From Octopus vulgaris (Eukaryota): 64,000 nt of DNA. The position numbers and the translations under genes are program-made. The number at the start of each line of letters is the position of its first letter. Position 1 is the stretch's first letter. The notes beneath the pieces were generated by a model. That model was not told the origin of the DNA, did no database searches, and worked only from the letters and a program-made list of their open reading frames with translations. This document shows, one piece after another, positions 51,380 through 64,000 of the stretch. The DNA is taken from contig OX597814.1 in assembly GCA_951406725.2 (NCBI GenBank), positions 160,828,001 through 160,892,000 of the forward strand, read 5' to 3'.

Positions 51380-51915
51380 TGAGGAGAGATGATTAGATGG
51401 GATACAGGTGACTGCAGTAATTGATGGTGAGAGATATAAGAGTGGCTCAGCAGGTTGGGTTATGATAGATATGTGTGAGCATTGATAGTGGTAGCAAATA
51501 GGAAAACAGGTGTTAAGGATGGGATATAGCAGAGGGGAGAGAGCATGGTTGGAGGAAGAAAATGAGGAATGGAAGGGATTCTAGGATAGAGGAACAAAGA
51601 GGAAGGTGACAAAAGGAAGAGGATGAAGAATGCACCTATTCTGCTTCCAGGTGATTGTGGTAGCTGAATAATACCAGAGATATAGAAATGATGGGAGTTA
51701 CAGAACGAGATGTGGTGGGGAAAAGCTTGACGGGAGCAGTGAGAATGGAAGTGGGGCAGAGCTCTGCATGTACAAGCATTTATCAAGGTGGTTTTAAGAT
51801 ATCAATTCTGTTGTGGTGGATAGGACTTCTCAAGCACAGCAAAGCACCAGTTATCTCGGTCCTTTATCATCCTCTAGAAAGTGAGGAAAGAGAGATGGTG
51901 ATAATGGTATCTATG
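51380..51915 (-). pseudogene. Possible highly decayed Penelope-like ORF fragment (RT C-terminus to start of GIY-YIG)
   Basis: Pyrimidine/Pro-rich remnants, with VTCIPSN resembling FTCTSSN that precedes PLE GIY-YIG; weak. Confidence 0.3.
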
Positions 51916-52502
51916 TAAAAAAAAGTTGCCATTAAACAAAACAGGTAACACAAACACGTCAATAAAAAAAAGATCGGAAATATTTTCTGAAAATAGTAGT
52001 AAGAATGTTTAATATCCATTTTTTACATTGTATCATGCAATCAAGAAAAGGAAAATTAACAATATTAACAAATTTAATAAGAAAGATAATGTTTGATAAA
52101 TCATAATCATCATCATCATCGTTTAAAGTCCGTTTTCCATGCTAGCATGGGTTAGACAGTTCAACCAGGGTCTGGGAAGCCAGGAGGCTGCACCAGGCTC
52201 CAGTCTGATCTAGCAGTGTTTCTACCGCTGGATGCTCTTCCTAATGCCAACCACTCTGTGAGTATAGTGGGTGTTTTTTTACGTGCCAGGCAAGGCTGGC
52301 AACGGCCATGATCGGCTGGTGCTTTTTACGTGCCACCGGCACAGAAGCCAGTCAAGGCGGCACTGGCATCGGCCACATTCGGATGGTACTTTTTACATGC
52401 CACAGCACAGATATCACAACTACAATTTAAGTAAAGTTAAAGAAATTTACTGGAAATTGAAATACCCTTTCTCATAAAAGGTATTCCAGTTTAATGTGTA
52501 TA

Positions 52503-52720
52503 CAAGGAGGTGCTGAAAAGTTCCTGGCTTTAAGGGTATTGCAAAAGTCCTGCTTGAAGACCCAACCTTCCAATTTTTTTTACAGGACTTAGAAAAACTG
52601 AAGGTACCACTGCAATAAGTGTGTGAATCTGAGAGGGGAATATGTTGAACAAAATCATAATTAACTGCTCCTCCTGTATTTTCTTTTACCCAAAGCCAAG
52701 AACTTTTCATCGCCCATTCT
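52503..52720 (+). mobile_element. mariner-derived MITE
   Basis: TIRs TGAAAAGTTCCTGGCTTT / AAAGCCAAGAACTTTTCA, TA flanks, residual transposase tail GLEKLK..HCNKCVNLRGEYVEQ. Confidence 0.85.
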
Positions 52721-53559
52721 TATTAACAGAGGCAGAAAAAAATGTTACTGAAGCAAGGCATTATGGATGTCTGTCATTAAACTAACTTATAAGCGAATAA
52801 TAATTAAATTTTATTTTATCACTATATAGTCACTGTTAAGGCAGAAAATATAATAATTAAGGAAAACAGGGGTCGTAGGGCTTTGATTAATAACAATGTG
52901 ATGGTTGATTTTCTTTATAGAGTATGCTATATTTTGTTATCATTGGCTAGCAAAAGACCTTAATAGTTACAATTAATACCCACTGATTCCCCCTTCCTCT
53001 CTAGTTATCTACCTTAGCTTAACAGCATGCCCTATCTTGTGGATCTATTTTTAATTCTGTTAGAAAAGCTACTCATTTGACTTTAGACTATAAAGTATCT
53101 GTGTGTGTGTGTGTATGTATGCATGCATGCATGCATGTATATATATATATGTATGTGTGATATATATATAAATAAATATATATATATATATATAATATAT
53201 ATATATAGGTTTGTAGTTTTGAGTACTTTTCCATTACTTCAATAAGGGAATATATAACCTGTGTACAAAATGGTTTATAAGAGAGAAGAGTATCCATGAC
53301 TAGTTTCCTACCTCTCAGTTGCCAAAGTTAAGAATACACATGCACACACACACACACACGTATGTACCTATGTATGTATATGTGCATAGGTATGTACGTA
53401 TCTATGTATGTATGTATGTACATACATACATATGCATGTATGTATGTATGTATGAAAGAATAGAGATGGAGAGAAAGCAAAGACCAAAGTCCTAGTAAGC
53501 TGGGAACAGAGAGGACTCCTTTCAAGAAAATGGCTCTGCTCAATAGGTAGGAATGGCAT

Positions 53560-53778
53560 AGGTAGAAATTCGCCTGACTGGCCCTCGTGCCGGTGGCATG
53601 TAAAAGTACCCACTACACTCTCAGGGTGGTTGGTGTTAGGAAAGGCATCCAGCTGTAGAAACTCTGCCAGGTCAGATTGGAGCTTGGTGCAGCCATCTGG
53701 TTCGCCAGTCCTCAGTCAAATCGTCCAACCCATGCTAGCATGGAAAGCGGATATTAAACGATGATGATGATGATGATG
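53560..53778 (+). mobile_element. (GAT)n-tailed RTE-related short retroposon, young copy
   Basis: GCCGGTGGCATGTAAAAG...GGCATCCAGCTGTAGAAAC...CCATGCTAGCATGGAAAGCGGA..AAACGATGATGAT; an inverted sister lies at ~52105-52420 and many others occur in the window. Confidence 0.85.
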
Positions 53779-53989
53779 TACTCAGTGAAAGTTATATAAA
53801 CATAAAAAGTGCAGTGGAATCACAGGAAGATTAACAGAGACAGGTTTTGGAAATGGCATAAGCACAGGAGCAATAAACACTAGGAATAAACAGGTAATAG
53901 ATTTCTTCATATGCCAGGAGGTTCCCTAAAATTAGTAGATACATTTTGTCACTTAGGTGAAGAGAAAGTTCTGAAAGTATAGTTGCTAA

Positions 53990-54870
53990 AATAAGAATAT
54001 TGTGTAGGAAGTTCAGAGAGTTTAGTAACAAAATCTCTCTTTCAGAGATAAAGGCAGATTGTATGATGCCTGTGTACGAACAGCAATGCTATATGGTAGT
54101 GAAACATGGTCCATGAATACAGAGTTCAGGTGAAGACTGGAAAGGAATGAAGCTAGCATATTCTCTTGAATGTGCAATGTCAGTGTGCATGTACAACAAA
54201 GTGCAAATGTATTGAGAGAAAAATTTGCCATAAGAGGAATCAATTGTAATGTACGAGAGAGAAGACTGCATCGGTATGGCTATGTGATGCACATGGAAGG
54301 AAATAACTGTGCAAAGACGATCACTAAATGAGGAAGAGGCAGTAGAAAAGAGTGTTATGAAAAGCCTGACAGCTAGAATTAGAACAAGATGGAAAAGTTC
54401 TGAGAGTTGTTATCATTGCTGATAACACAGATTCACTCTTTAAGTGAAAGGTAGACTACGATTCTTGTGTACAATCTATGATGCTGTATGATAGTGAGAT
54501 GTAGGCACTAAACGTAGAGGATGTGTGATGGTTGGTAAAAAAAAATGTGAGCATGATTTGCTGGATGTGTAATAACACTGTGTGATCAACGTGACACAGA
54601 TGAGTTGAAAGAAAAGCTAGGTATAAGAGGAATGTCCATGTATAAGAGGAAGTTGGGCTGGTACAGAGATGTAATGTGTATGAAGATGGCAAGTGGGTGA
54701 AAAAGTGTGAGGAGATTCAAGTGAAAGGAACCAGTAGAAGAAAACTTTGGAAGACATGAGCAGAAGTAGTGAATGGTAATCTCAGGAAGATAAACTTTTC
54801 AAAGGAATGCAACAAATAGTGGGAGATTGTGTTGAAGAAGACCTGTCTAATCTATGCAAACATAATTGCA
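53990..54870 (+). pseudogene. Two tandem decayed RTE-clade LINE 3' fragments
   Basis: KGRLYDACVRTAMLYGSETW...RLERNEAS..MCNVSV, and a second copy KGRLYDSCVQSMMLYDSE..SMICWMCN, with stops and frameshifts. Confidence 0.85.
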
Positions 54871-55368
54871 TGTGTCAAACAGAATTAGTTGAGGTAGATC
54901 AACCAAGGGTGGATGCTCTTCTTATCACCAACCCTAACTTGTTTCCAAGGAAGGTAATATTTTGTTTTGACCAGACATGTTTTTACTGAAGACTGTAAAC
55001 TATCATAAAAAGCCATGTAATTTGCACACCTGTGTAATTTATACAGGTGATTTACAAGATAAAAATTGTCGAAAAAGCTTCTAATGGTGTAAAATTCACA
55101 TCCAAAAGTTTTCAGAATTGCCGATATGGCCAGGGGATAAAGGTTTTCAATTTAGTTGTATTTAGCATAATTTCACTTATGATTAGATTTTATTACATTT
55201 TCATTAAATAAAAATAATTTCTGTTTAACAGGTATCACATTGAAAGCTATTAAATTACGAAGTGTTTGTGTTTTTTATAAAAAACTTTATTTTATATTTC
55301 TTGCCCACAAGAGATTATGCCCAATCTTTATCATACTTTTCAAATCACGATCACAGGAAAAGTTGTTG

Positions 55369-55437
55369 GATGTCTGGACGACTTCATTGCCCTGGTCTGC
55401 TCTGTCCACAACAACATGGTGGGTAGTGTATGACAGA
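55369..55437 (+). pseudogene. 5' stub of the RTE insertion, left outside an inversion
   Basis: Encodes (G)CLDDFIALVCSVHNNMVGSV, the RTE RT segment that normally precedes ..DPFPV..G.KQG; follows the TSD copy 55336-55368. Confidence 0.8.
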
Positions 55438-56050
55438 AACCTCCATTTACCTTATACAATGTTTAATGTTGTTTCACATTCATGTTGAATTATGCAGCAA
55501 TCTTATGTTCTCTTCATAGAACACTTGTAATGTATGTATTACCAGTTCTTTTGGTATAGTAGATTTATGCTATTCTTGTTTATGTCTCCTCACAGACATG
55601 TATATTCTAACAAGTCACTTCTTAAATTTCGCACCTCACTTGTTCAATAAACACCAAGTTAAACTTGCAAAGCTGTTTATTTTCTCCTTTCAATTTTTAA
55701 TGTTTATCTTAGCAGGTTACCAAACTATCAGTTTGGTCTTCTGACTAAAACAGTAATGACAAATTTTTAAGTTTGCTTGACATTTTATAAGTGTGAAAGG
55801 GATTAAAATTACAATACTCCATATCAAAGATTCTGACAAGAATAAACAGAAAACCAGAGCTTGAGACAAGAAGACACTTTCAACCAATCAGAATTCTGTT
55901 AACATAATCAGTTTGATCGGTCACAAGTGTCAACCAAGCTGATGTTTATTGGTAATTAAACTTATTTTGCAATACTTGTCCGTATTTATCAGCTTTGTTT
56001 TTGTTAATAAGAATTATCAACAACTTTTCCTGTGATCATGATTTGAAAAG

Positions 56051-57235
56051 ACATACAGAGTTGGCTCCAGCTTGTATCCGAGCATTGGGTTTGTCAGTTT
56101 CCATCCAGTCTCCTCAGCTGATGTTTGTGCCAAAAGTGACTTTGGAGTTGATGGTGAAAGAGTCGTGGTTAGAACTCATACAGGATGGTTGGTGCAAGTC
56201 AAGAATGTTGAAGATGCTCCTTTCTTCTCCTGCGTTTTGCCTCCTCATTCTGTTGTCCGTTCTGCTTGAAGGAGCTGGCTCCATAGCAGATAGTAGTCCT
56301 CCAGGCTGTCCTATCCATGGCAATCTATTCCCATGAAGGCTGGATGTTAGCAAGACCCAGAGGAGGTCCATTTGAGCTGGTCTTTAAAACAGACCTCCTC
56401 TGGGTTTATTCAGATTGCAAGTTTTCCATAGAGCATGATCCTTGGGAGATGAGAGGGCTCCATACGCTGGATATAACCTGCCCAGTGGAGACAATAGTGA
56501 AGAATGGTGGCTTCAACACTTGGTAGAAAGCACAGTGAAGAACCTTATCGTTGGAAACAGGATCTTCCCATTGTACGTTGAGAATCTGTTGTAGCTTTAA
56601 TTGCTGGAAGCATTCAAGGCACTTGAAGTCATGGCAGTCCAACATCCAAGTCGCACAAGCATAGAGTGGACAGGACAATGATCTTTGTCTAGATGGTTAG
56701 CACTTGATTGAAGAATACACATTGGCTGAGTCTGCCAAAAACAGAGTGGACCGCCCCAATCTTGTACTCCATGACCTTTTCACACATGGGGGTCTTCAAA
56801 AGGATACTTCCAAAGTATGTGAAGTGTTCAACTCCTAGGGGTTGGCCGTTGATGTTAATGTTTGTGGGTGGACTGTTCTAGTCTGGTGCAGGTTGGATCA
56901 GTGTCTTGGTTTTTAATGTGTTTACCTGCATAACGAAGCATTCGTAAGTCGCATTGTAAAGATCGGCTGTCCTTTGTAGGCTATCTGTGGTCCAGCTTGG
57001 AGTGGCATTGTCATCGGCATACTGCATCTCACAGACTGTGATGGCAGCGCTCCTCATCTTTGCATGGAGACGTGTGAGATTGAAGAGTCCACCATCCAAG
57101 CAATAGCACATGCTGATGGAAGGCAAGTCTAGAGGGATTTCATTGAACATGGTGGCCATATACAGAGAGAAACAGGTTGGTATCAGGACATATCCTTGCT
57201 TGAGACCCCAAGTGACAGGAAACGGGTCTGTCATA
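56051..57235 (-). pseudogene. 5'-truncated RTE (BovB-like) LINE reverse transcriptase pseudogene
   Basis: GLKQGYVLIPTCFSLY...GGLFNLTRL...QYADD...VNTLKTK RT motifs; downstream LYACATW..QILNVQWED; in-frame stops. Confidence 0.93.
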
Positions 57236-57274
57236 TTCACTTAGTGAGTTTACATGCACAAGGATGAATTATGA

Positions 57275-57390
57275 TGTTGTCGTCGGCGTTAGATACAGTA
57301 AAATGTGGCCCGGAACGTGATTACCAGCATGAACGTCAAACTAAAAAGTAGTTACCGATTCAATGGTTTAAGTAAATGTATACAGAAAAG
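57275..57390 (+). other. Candidate promoter/first exon inside the transposon right end
   Basis: Local CpG cluster, CCGGAA ETS-like core, strong donor AAG|GTAAGC at 57390/57391; candidate next acceptor TTTCAG|A at 57931/57932. Confidence 0.45.
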
Positions 57391-58200
57391 GTAAGCATTA
57401 TACTGTCCAGTATAAATAAAAGTCAACTTCATTATACTTTTTCTGTAAAAACCTATTCTAACATTAAATGTGTCAACTTCTTGTACGAATGTTTACATTT
57501 GTACATCATTTTTCAACAAAAAAAATTTCTGGAAATGATCTACTCATGTAATTTATACACCTGCTAAAGTTTATTTTTATTTTTGTGAAAAAATGTGCAT
57601 AAATTACATGGGTTTTTACGGTAATTATGTTACTTGAGTGATGGTTTAACCCCGTTTGCAACACACAAACACACACAGGCACACACCTACATACATACAT
57701 ATATACATATGAATACAGACATACACATGCATGTTTGTATGTATGTATGTATATAAGTATGTATTTATGTATGCGCACGCTTACCAGAACAGTTAACTTA
57801 AAATAGATTTCAGATTTAGCATTTACAAATATTATTTCTGCAATAAACTCTCCACTAAATATTTGCTTTCTTTCATATTCTCCACTCTTAGTCATTTCTT
57901 TTCATTTTCTTTTGATCTCTGTTGATTTCAGATTTGATTGGTATCTACCACCAATCAACAATTCATATTCAGAGATGTTTGCTTCAGACAATTTCTATCA
58001 TCTTTTATAATGTTACAAGTAATATCTCCTGTCTGTATATCTATAATGATTGTAGAAAATTACTCAGGAACACCATCAGCACAAGAAGTAACAGTTAAGT
58101 TAAAGCCATCATGCATGAAATGAAGAAAGAAAAGTCTAGGTTTAGATAATTAATAATGTTTATGCAAAAAAGAGGAAAAAGCATTAAATCAATGAGTAAT

Positions 58201-58596
58201 CTCTTTTACTTGTTTCAGTCATTTGACTGTGGCCATGCTGGAGTACCGCCTTTAGTCGAGCAGATCCATCCCCGGACTTATTCTTTGTAAGCCTAGTACT
58301 TATTTTATTGGTCTCTTTTGCTGAACCGCTAAGTTACGGGGACGTAAACACACCAGCATCGGTTGTCAAGGGATGTTAAGGGGACAAACACAGACACACA
58401 AACATATACATATATATATATATATATATACACGACGGACTTCTTTCAGTTTCTGTCTACCAAATCCACTCACAAGGCTTTGGTCAGCCCAAGGTTATAG
58501 TAGAAGACACTTGCCCAAGGTGCCACGCAGTGGGACTGAAGCCGGAACCATGTGGTTCGTAAGCAAGCTACTTTCCACACAGTCACTCCTACGCCT
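58201..58596 (-). mobile_element. Full-length young CORE-like tRNA SINE
   Basis: Nearly identical to 50628-51017; both yield the same spurious ORF peptide SFSFxLPNPLTRLWSAQGYSRRHLPKVP. Confidence 0.9.
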
Positions 58597-59183
58597 ATAT
58601 AGTAATATTAATTTAATATGATTTTGCTAAGCAGGGTTGCAAGATCAGTTTCTTAAAAAACAGAACAGGCAAAAAATATTTTAAAAAATAGTAGTTTCTG
58701 TCAGAAAGTATTCATAGCCCCAAATGAAAATTTTGTTTGTAAATCTGTGTGTGTGTGTGTGCACGCGCGTGTGCATGACACTATATGAAACAATAAAAGC
58801 ATAGTGCGAATTACAACTCAATATGACAGTCTTGTTAAGGCAAAGTTTAACAAGTTGTAAATATATTCCTTACAATCATAAAGCAATATAGAAATATTAA
58901 TTCAGTTTCAAAGAAATGTTTCAATTAATGAAAGGGATAAGTACCAATTTCAGGCACTGCTAGGTCTTTTTCCCTGATGTTTGTAGTATATATCACTTCA
59001 TGTTAAAAAAAAATAATACTAATAATAATAATAATAATAACAGTTCATCCATTCATAATTTACTGTTATGTTTAGGCTCATTTGTTTTTATTGTTATTGT
59101 AGTTGATGTTGTTGCAACTAACTGACTATGCTGTTTGCTGTAGCATATATCAATTAGAGTTAGTAGGTCTTCCATGATGCTGA

Positions 59184-59470
59184 CATGTTTGTCTACGGAT
59201 CCACTTCACTTCATCAGAAATACTTCTATCAAGAAGGAGAATCCCTCATCTATTAAATAGTTTACAAAATGAGAAACAACACAAAACGAAAAAAAGCACA
59301 ACTTGTCTGCTAGCAATTTACACAGCTGGTGATGACACTTGTTATATCATCTCACTAGAACAAGATTACTTAGTGAACAATGAAAAACCTGTAATGCTTT
59401 CTCTCACAGCTCTTGAATATTTATTAGGAATCTCATTTGACATTTACAATTTTCCTGCTCTTAGTCCTCC
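59184..59470 (+). pseudogene. Possible relic of a transposon accessory ORF (SAMD3/CACTA-associated C-terminal-like)
   Basis: Stop-free frame from 59184: ..TCLLAIYTAGDDTCYIISLEQDYL..LTALEYLLGISFDIYNFP; pattern similarity from recall only. Confidence 0.3.
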
Positions 59471-59682
59471 TCCCACTCTCTCTCTCTCTCTTTCTCTTTC
59501 CTGCTTTCTACCTCTATTTCTCTCTCTCTCTCTCACTAACTTACTCCTTCCTTTGTGTCTGGTTGGCTGCCTCTGTTTATGTCAGCCTCTCTCTCTCTGT
59601 ATCTTTTTTCATTCTCTTCACACATATATACACATATATGTATACATACATGCCAATATATACTCACATGTATATATATATA

Positions 59683-60570
59683 TCTACTACATATGTGGGA
59701 AATTCTGTCTATGGGTGTGTTTGTGGAGTTGTTAGCTAACTCCTCCTTCATCGTTTTATCGATTTTGATGAAACTTGACACAGAAGTAGAACTCATGTCT
59801 GGAAACCTCATGGCATACTCAGATTGTTGAAAAAAAATTCGATAATAGGGCCCCTGGAAGGGATCCTTATATATGTCTAATATATTTTATTTTAAAAACC
59901 AAGGGAAATAATCCATTCGTCCCTGGAAGGGATCCTTATATATAACCAAGGGAAATAACCCATTCATTTTCCTAAATTATTTGGTAAAAATGAAATTGAG
60001 CATGTTTATTTCTTAGTATTTGAACTGTTAGAGTTATTTTTGCAATTTATCCACTACAACCCTTAAACAAGTAAATAGTATTTTCCTGAACAATAGATCC
60101 ACTTATTTTGGTTAGTGACTTATTCACAAATATACCAACACTAGTGCCCCTGAGGGTAATATTCTCTGGAACGCACAAAAGCCCTTTTCAGAGTTATTTA
60201 TTTGAATTGTTATTATCTCATATCTGATTAGCCTGTTATTACATAACATGCTTCACGATTTTAGTATACATACCTCATTAGTATTTCCTCCTGTGTTCTA
60301 TATACTCTGGGAACACATTAAAGCCCTTTTCAAGGCTACTTTATTTGAATTCTTACTATTTGGTAACTAATTTCATGTTATTACATAACTGACTTCACAA
60401 TTTGAGTATTCATAACTTCCTGAGAATTCCTAAAAACAAGATTCTGTGTAAGACAGTTCGGTATTCTCTGTAAATGCACAAAATCCGATTTAAGGGCTAC
60501 ATACTTTGTATTGTTGTTATTGGATTAGTGAAACAATTATGAGAATGGAACCAAGGGATAAACCTTACTA
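59683..60570 (+). mobile_element. Helitron/Helentron-like element with internal tandem repeats
   Basis: A|TCTACTA start; GATTTTGATGAAACTTGACACA nearly identical to a motif in the 19175 Helitron; duplicated CCCTGGAAGGGATCCTTATATAT; three ~140-160-bp diverged units at 60150-60525; no clear CTAG end. Confidence 0.5.
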
Positions 60571-61507
60571 TATATATAACATCATTAACATTTAATGTCC
60601 GTTGTCCATGTTGGCATGGGTTGGATGTTTTGACTTGCACCAGCAAAAAGAGGGGCTGCACCAGATTCCAGTCTGGTTTCTAAGGCTCCATGCCCTTCCT
60701 AATGTTAACCACTCTGAGAGTGTAATGGGTGTTTTTATGTGCCAGTTGCATGACACCAGTATCTGAAGATGAGCTTATGAAGGAGACAGTATAAGCACAT
60801 TTTTTCTTTATGAAGGTTGTGGGCAGAAAGACAGATTATCTTTCATCATGTGTCAGCGATGAGAGCATTGAGGAGGAGAAGTGAGAGAGAGGGAACAGTG
60901 AAGAGGAGAGAAGAAGAATAGGGAAGGGTGGGAGAGAAAACCAGAAAGGATGAAGAACAAGAGAGGAAGAGAGATAGACAGAGAAGAGATAGTAAAGGTA
61001 GAAGAGTGTGCATCATAATTATTAAGATAAAACTTCATATATATATATATATACACATACACACACACACACATAATATATGTCATCTTATTTCATCATT
61101 TAACCTCCGCGTTCCAGTTTGGCATAAGTTGGATGGTTTGACAGGGTCTAATAAACTCAAGAACTGTATCATGCTGCAGTGTCTGCATTGGCATGGTTTC
61201 CACAGCTGGATGCCTTTCCTAACACCAACTGCTTTACAGCATGTGCTGAATGCTTTTTCCATGCCACTAGCCCTAGTGATGTCACCATGCAGCTTGCAAG
61301 ACTACAAACTCCTAATTGTGAAGGCTGATTTCAGAATACTGCATCTTATAAAGGACATGACAAATCATCACAAGAAATACCTCGGAGCTGTACTGTAGCT
61401 GATATGTCTAATGTAAGCCGACATGGAAAAATAAAGCTTGCATAAAATAATAATGACTATGGAAAATGCAGTGGTGTTGACACCTGTGGCACTGACAGCT
61501 GTGGTGC

Positions 61508-61596
61508 CACAGCAATGGCAGCAGCAGCAGCAATGGCAGCAGCAGCAGCAATGGCAGCAGCAGCAGCAATGGCAGCAGCAGCAGCAAAAGCAGCAG
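61508..61596 (+). repeat. (GCA)n trinucleotide tract with 18-bp higher-order period
   Basis: GCAATGGCAGCAGCAGCA repeated 4 times. Confidence 0.92.
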
Positions 61597-61854
61597 TGAT
61601 AACAATGATGGTGATATTTCTGACAGCTAAGTAAACTGTGGAATTGAGAATTAAAATTTGTTGAATATACAATGAGAGACTTGTCATAGATTTTAACCTC
61701 AAGAACTTTGAGCTGGTGGTCAAAGCTAAACCTATTGCTGGTGTCACTAGACATATCCATTTAGCAGCCATTATCCTTACAACACAGTGCTGTATATTCC
61801 AATGAGCATTTCAGTGTTGATTTCTCTTCTCTTCCATGTCTTTGAGTCAAATAT

Positions 61855-62300
61855 TGGTTTCAAATGTTGACACAAAGGCAGTAATTTCAAGGGAAGGCGT
61901 AAGTCCAATTAAATTAATCCTAATTTTCATCTGGTACTAATTTTAACAACCTTGAAAGGATGAATGGCAAAGTCCACCTTAGTGGAATTTGAACTCAGAT
62001 CATAAAGGTAGATCAAAGGCCATTAAGCACTTTGTCCAGTATGCTAACGATTCTGCCAGCTTACTGCCCTACTTTTGTGTCAAATATTAATTTCAAATTT
62101 TGATATAAGGTTAGCAACTTTGAGGGAGGGGGTAAGTTAATTACCCAAATCCCACTGATCAACTGGTACTTATTAATGACCCCATAAGAATGAAAGGCAA
62201 AGTTGACCTCAGCATAATTCACTCAGAATGTGAAGACAGACAAAATACTGCTAAGCATTTTACCCAGTATGCTAACAATTCTGCCACCTCACAGCCCCAC
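61855..62300 (-). mobile_element. Two tandem Meta-domain-type SINEs
   Basis: Two successive CTGGTACT..GATGAA.GGCAAAGT..TGCTAAC.ATTCTGCCA copies. Confidence 0.82.
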
Positions 62301-63713
62301 CTTTCAGTCAATTATTAATACTCAAATGTTTTGTTCTTCACATAAACACAAAGTCATTGCACTCATTGGATCCATTCTTAGCTTTGATTTGAAATAGTCC
62401 AGAGCTATTAGAAACATAAATTTACAATGTAGTTTCCAGAACACAAATTGGTAGCGGATGGATATTATTAGAAGTAAATATTTAAACATTGATAATTCAT
62501 GTGGACACTTTGATGAGTAACTGCTTATGAAAGCTAGCCAATCACCAACAAGTTTTTGTAAACATTTAATCTGAGTTTTTACTAGCATTAGACAGTAAGC
62601 CTGCAAACCTGTATGTAATAAAAATGACTAATGCAAAGACAACCTCACTATAAAGCAGGAAGCTATCTTTCATAAAGATCATGAAGCTATGAAAAATCTC
62701 CACAGATGGTGATGTAAAGAAAACAGAAAGGTCTATGATGAATAATAAACACACATGCCTGATTACACAAGGAAAAATATCAAAACACAAAACTGAATCT
62801 ATTCTGAATGGTTTCTGACAATATGCACTGACTCTTAAGCTACAATTGGCATTGTATACCTAATAGACTTTGCTTCCAGCAGCATTCAACAAACAAACAA
62901 TAAACAAATAGGTTATAAATTTGTCTCTTGATTGGAAAACAGTCTGTGTCACTCTCAAATATTTATGATTGTGATATAGAAATATTTGACAATTCTCCAA
63001 CTGATAAACCCCACTGCATACAAGACTTAAAAGCCAGCAGCCATTAACCAAGATAAGGAACAAAAATGTTTGATTTTTAAGAAGGGCAAGCAAAAGGTGT
63101 GAACTATCAGTTGGGCCAAATTAATGAAACTATGTAAAAAAAAAATTTGAATGATATGATAAAGATAGATAATGATGAAAGCCAGCTATTAAATGTCAGA
63201 GCTAAGAACACTGCTTGATTATATATTTATTGATTTCATGGATGAAATATGTATTAACATGGCAAGTTGCTTTATAGCTGTTATATTTTGTGTGTGTAGG
63301 GTTGTGTGTGATCAAAAAGAATGAAAAATTTTGATGATGAAGCTCAATATAGATTGATTCCTTCTTTGGCACAAAGCCTTAATTTAAAGATGGAAACTGA
63401 GATATTATTACTTCCATTCATTTTCAAAGGGTTATTAACTATATAAGGAGGAAATTATTTAGACATACACACACACACACACACATATGTTGATGTGTTT
63501 ATGTGTGTGTGTATATATATTAGATTCATATATTTATATATATGAAAAATAGCTTGTCTTCTAAGCATATTAAATTGAAAACATGACCATGTTATGATTT
63601 TTATTCATTTTCAAATGGTATTATCTAAGTAAGGGAAGAATATTTAGACACACAGACACACACACTCACGTGTACATATGTGTGTGTGTACATGTATGCA
63701 CAAATATATATAA

Positions 63714-63744
<31 letters not shown>

Positions 63745-64000
63745 TATATGTATGTATGTATGCATAGGTATGCAGACATAGCTATGAGGTTAAGAAGTTC
63801 ACTACCCAACCATATGGTTTAAGGTTCAGTCCCACTGCACAGCACCATTGGTAAGTGTCTTCTGCTATTGTGCTGGATTGAGCAAAGCCTTGTGACTGGG
63901 TTTCTAATGTAAACTGAGAGAAGCTCATCAGCTGTGTGTGTATGTGTGTGTGTGTGTGTGCACGTGTGCATGTGTGCATATATCATATCATTACCATCAT

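Larger units (their letters stand above)
55003..57621. mobile_element. Non-autonomous pogo/Tigger-like DNA transposon hosting a nested RTE
   Basis: TA|TCATAAAAAGCCATGTAATTT ... AAATTACATGGGTTTTTACGG|TA TIRs with TA TSD; subterminal TGTAATTTATACA repeats. Confidence 0.75.

Noticed and set aside
61368-61771. Poly-Cys/Leu/Ala ORFs
   Set aside because: They derive from the (GCA)n tract, with no splice context or flanking coding signal.
62322-63093. Three consecutive minus-strand ORFs, possibly a decayed L1/Tx1 C-terminus or a host exon
   Set aside because: No diagnostic motif recognised and the frames are discontinuous; left uncalled pending BLASTx.

Overview
AT-rich, microsatellite-dense animal genomic DNA whose repeat families look like octopus (coleoid cephalopod); the species call is from recall of the repeats, not a database match. 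I can support no intact host protein-coding gene. Nearly all listed ORFs are microsatellite or SINE artefacts, and the only recognisable protein sequences are decayed transposon fragments (RTE, R4/Dong, CR1/Daphne-like, maT, mariner, possibly Penelope and CACTA). A CpG-retaining domain at ~42.3-47.9 kb holds a minus-strand TATA/Inr promoter and first exon (45655->45435), so most of 1-45 kb is probably intron or non-coding exon of one long transcript. Highlights: (i) a ~510-bp foldback carrying two degenerate minimal hammerhead-ribozyme motifs, part of a series of foldbacks; (ii) a nested pogo-like > RTE insertion rearranged by a 1.8-kb inversion, indicated by a 33-bp TSD now in inverted orientation, whose right end looks like an exapted promoter/first exon; (iii) a decayed 5S rRNA-like sequence back-to-back with the main promoter; (iv) an R4/Dong element in a (TAA)n tract; (v) inverted young SINE pairs that are candidate ADAR substrates. 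I found no clearly new multi-gene system. All analysis was by eye; repeat boundaries are approximate unless a TSD or TIR is quoted.
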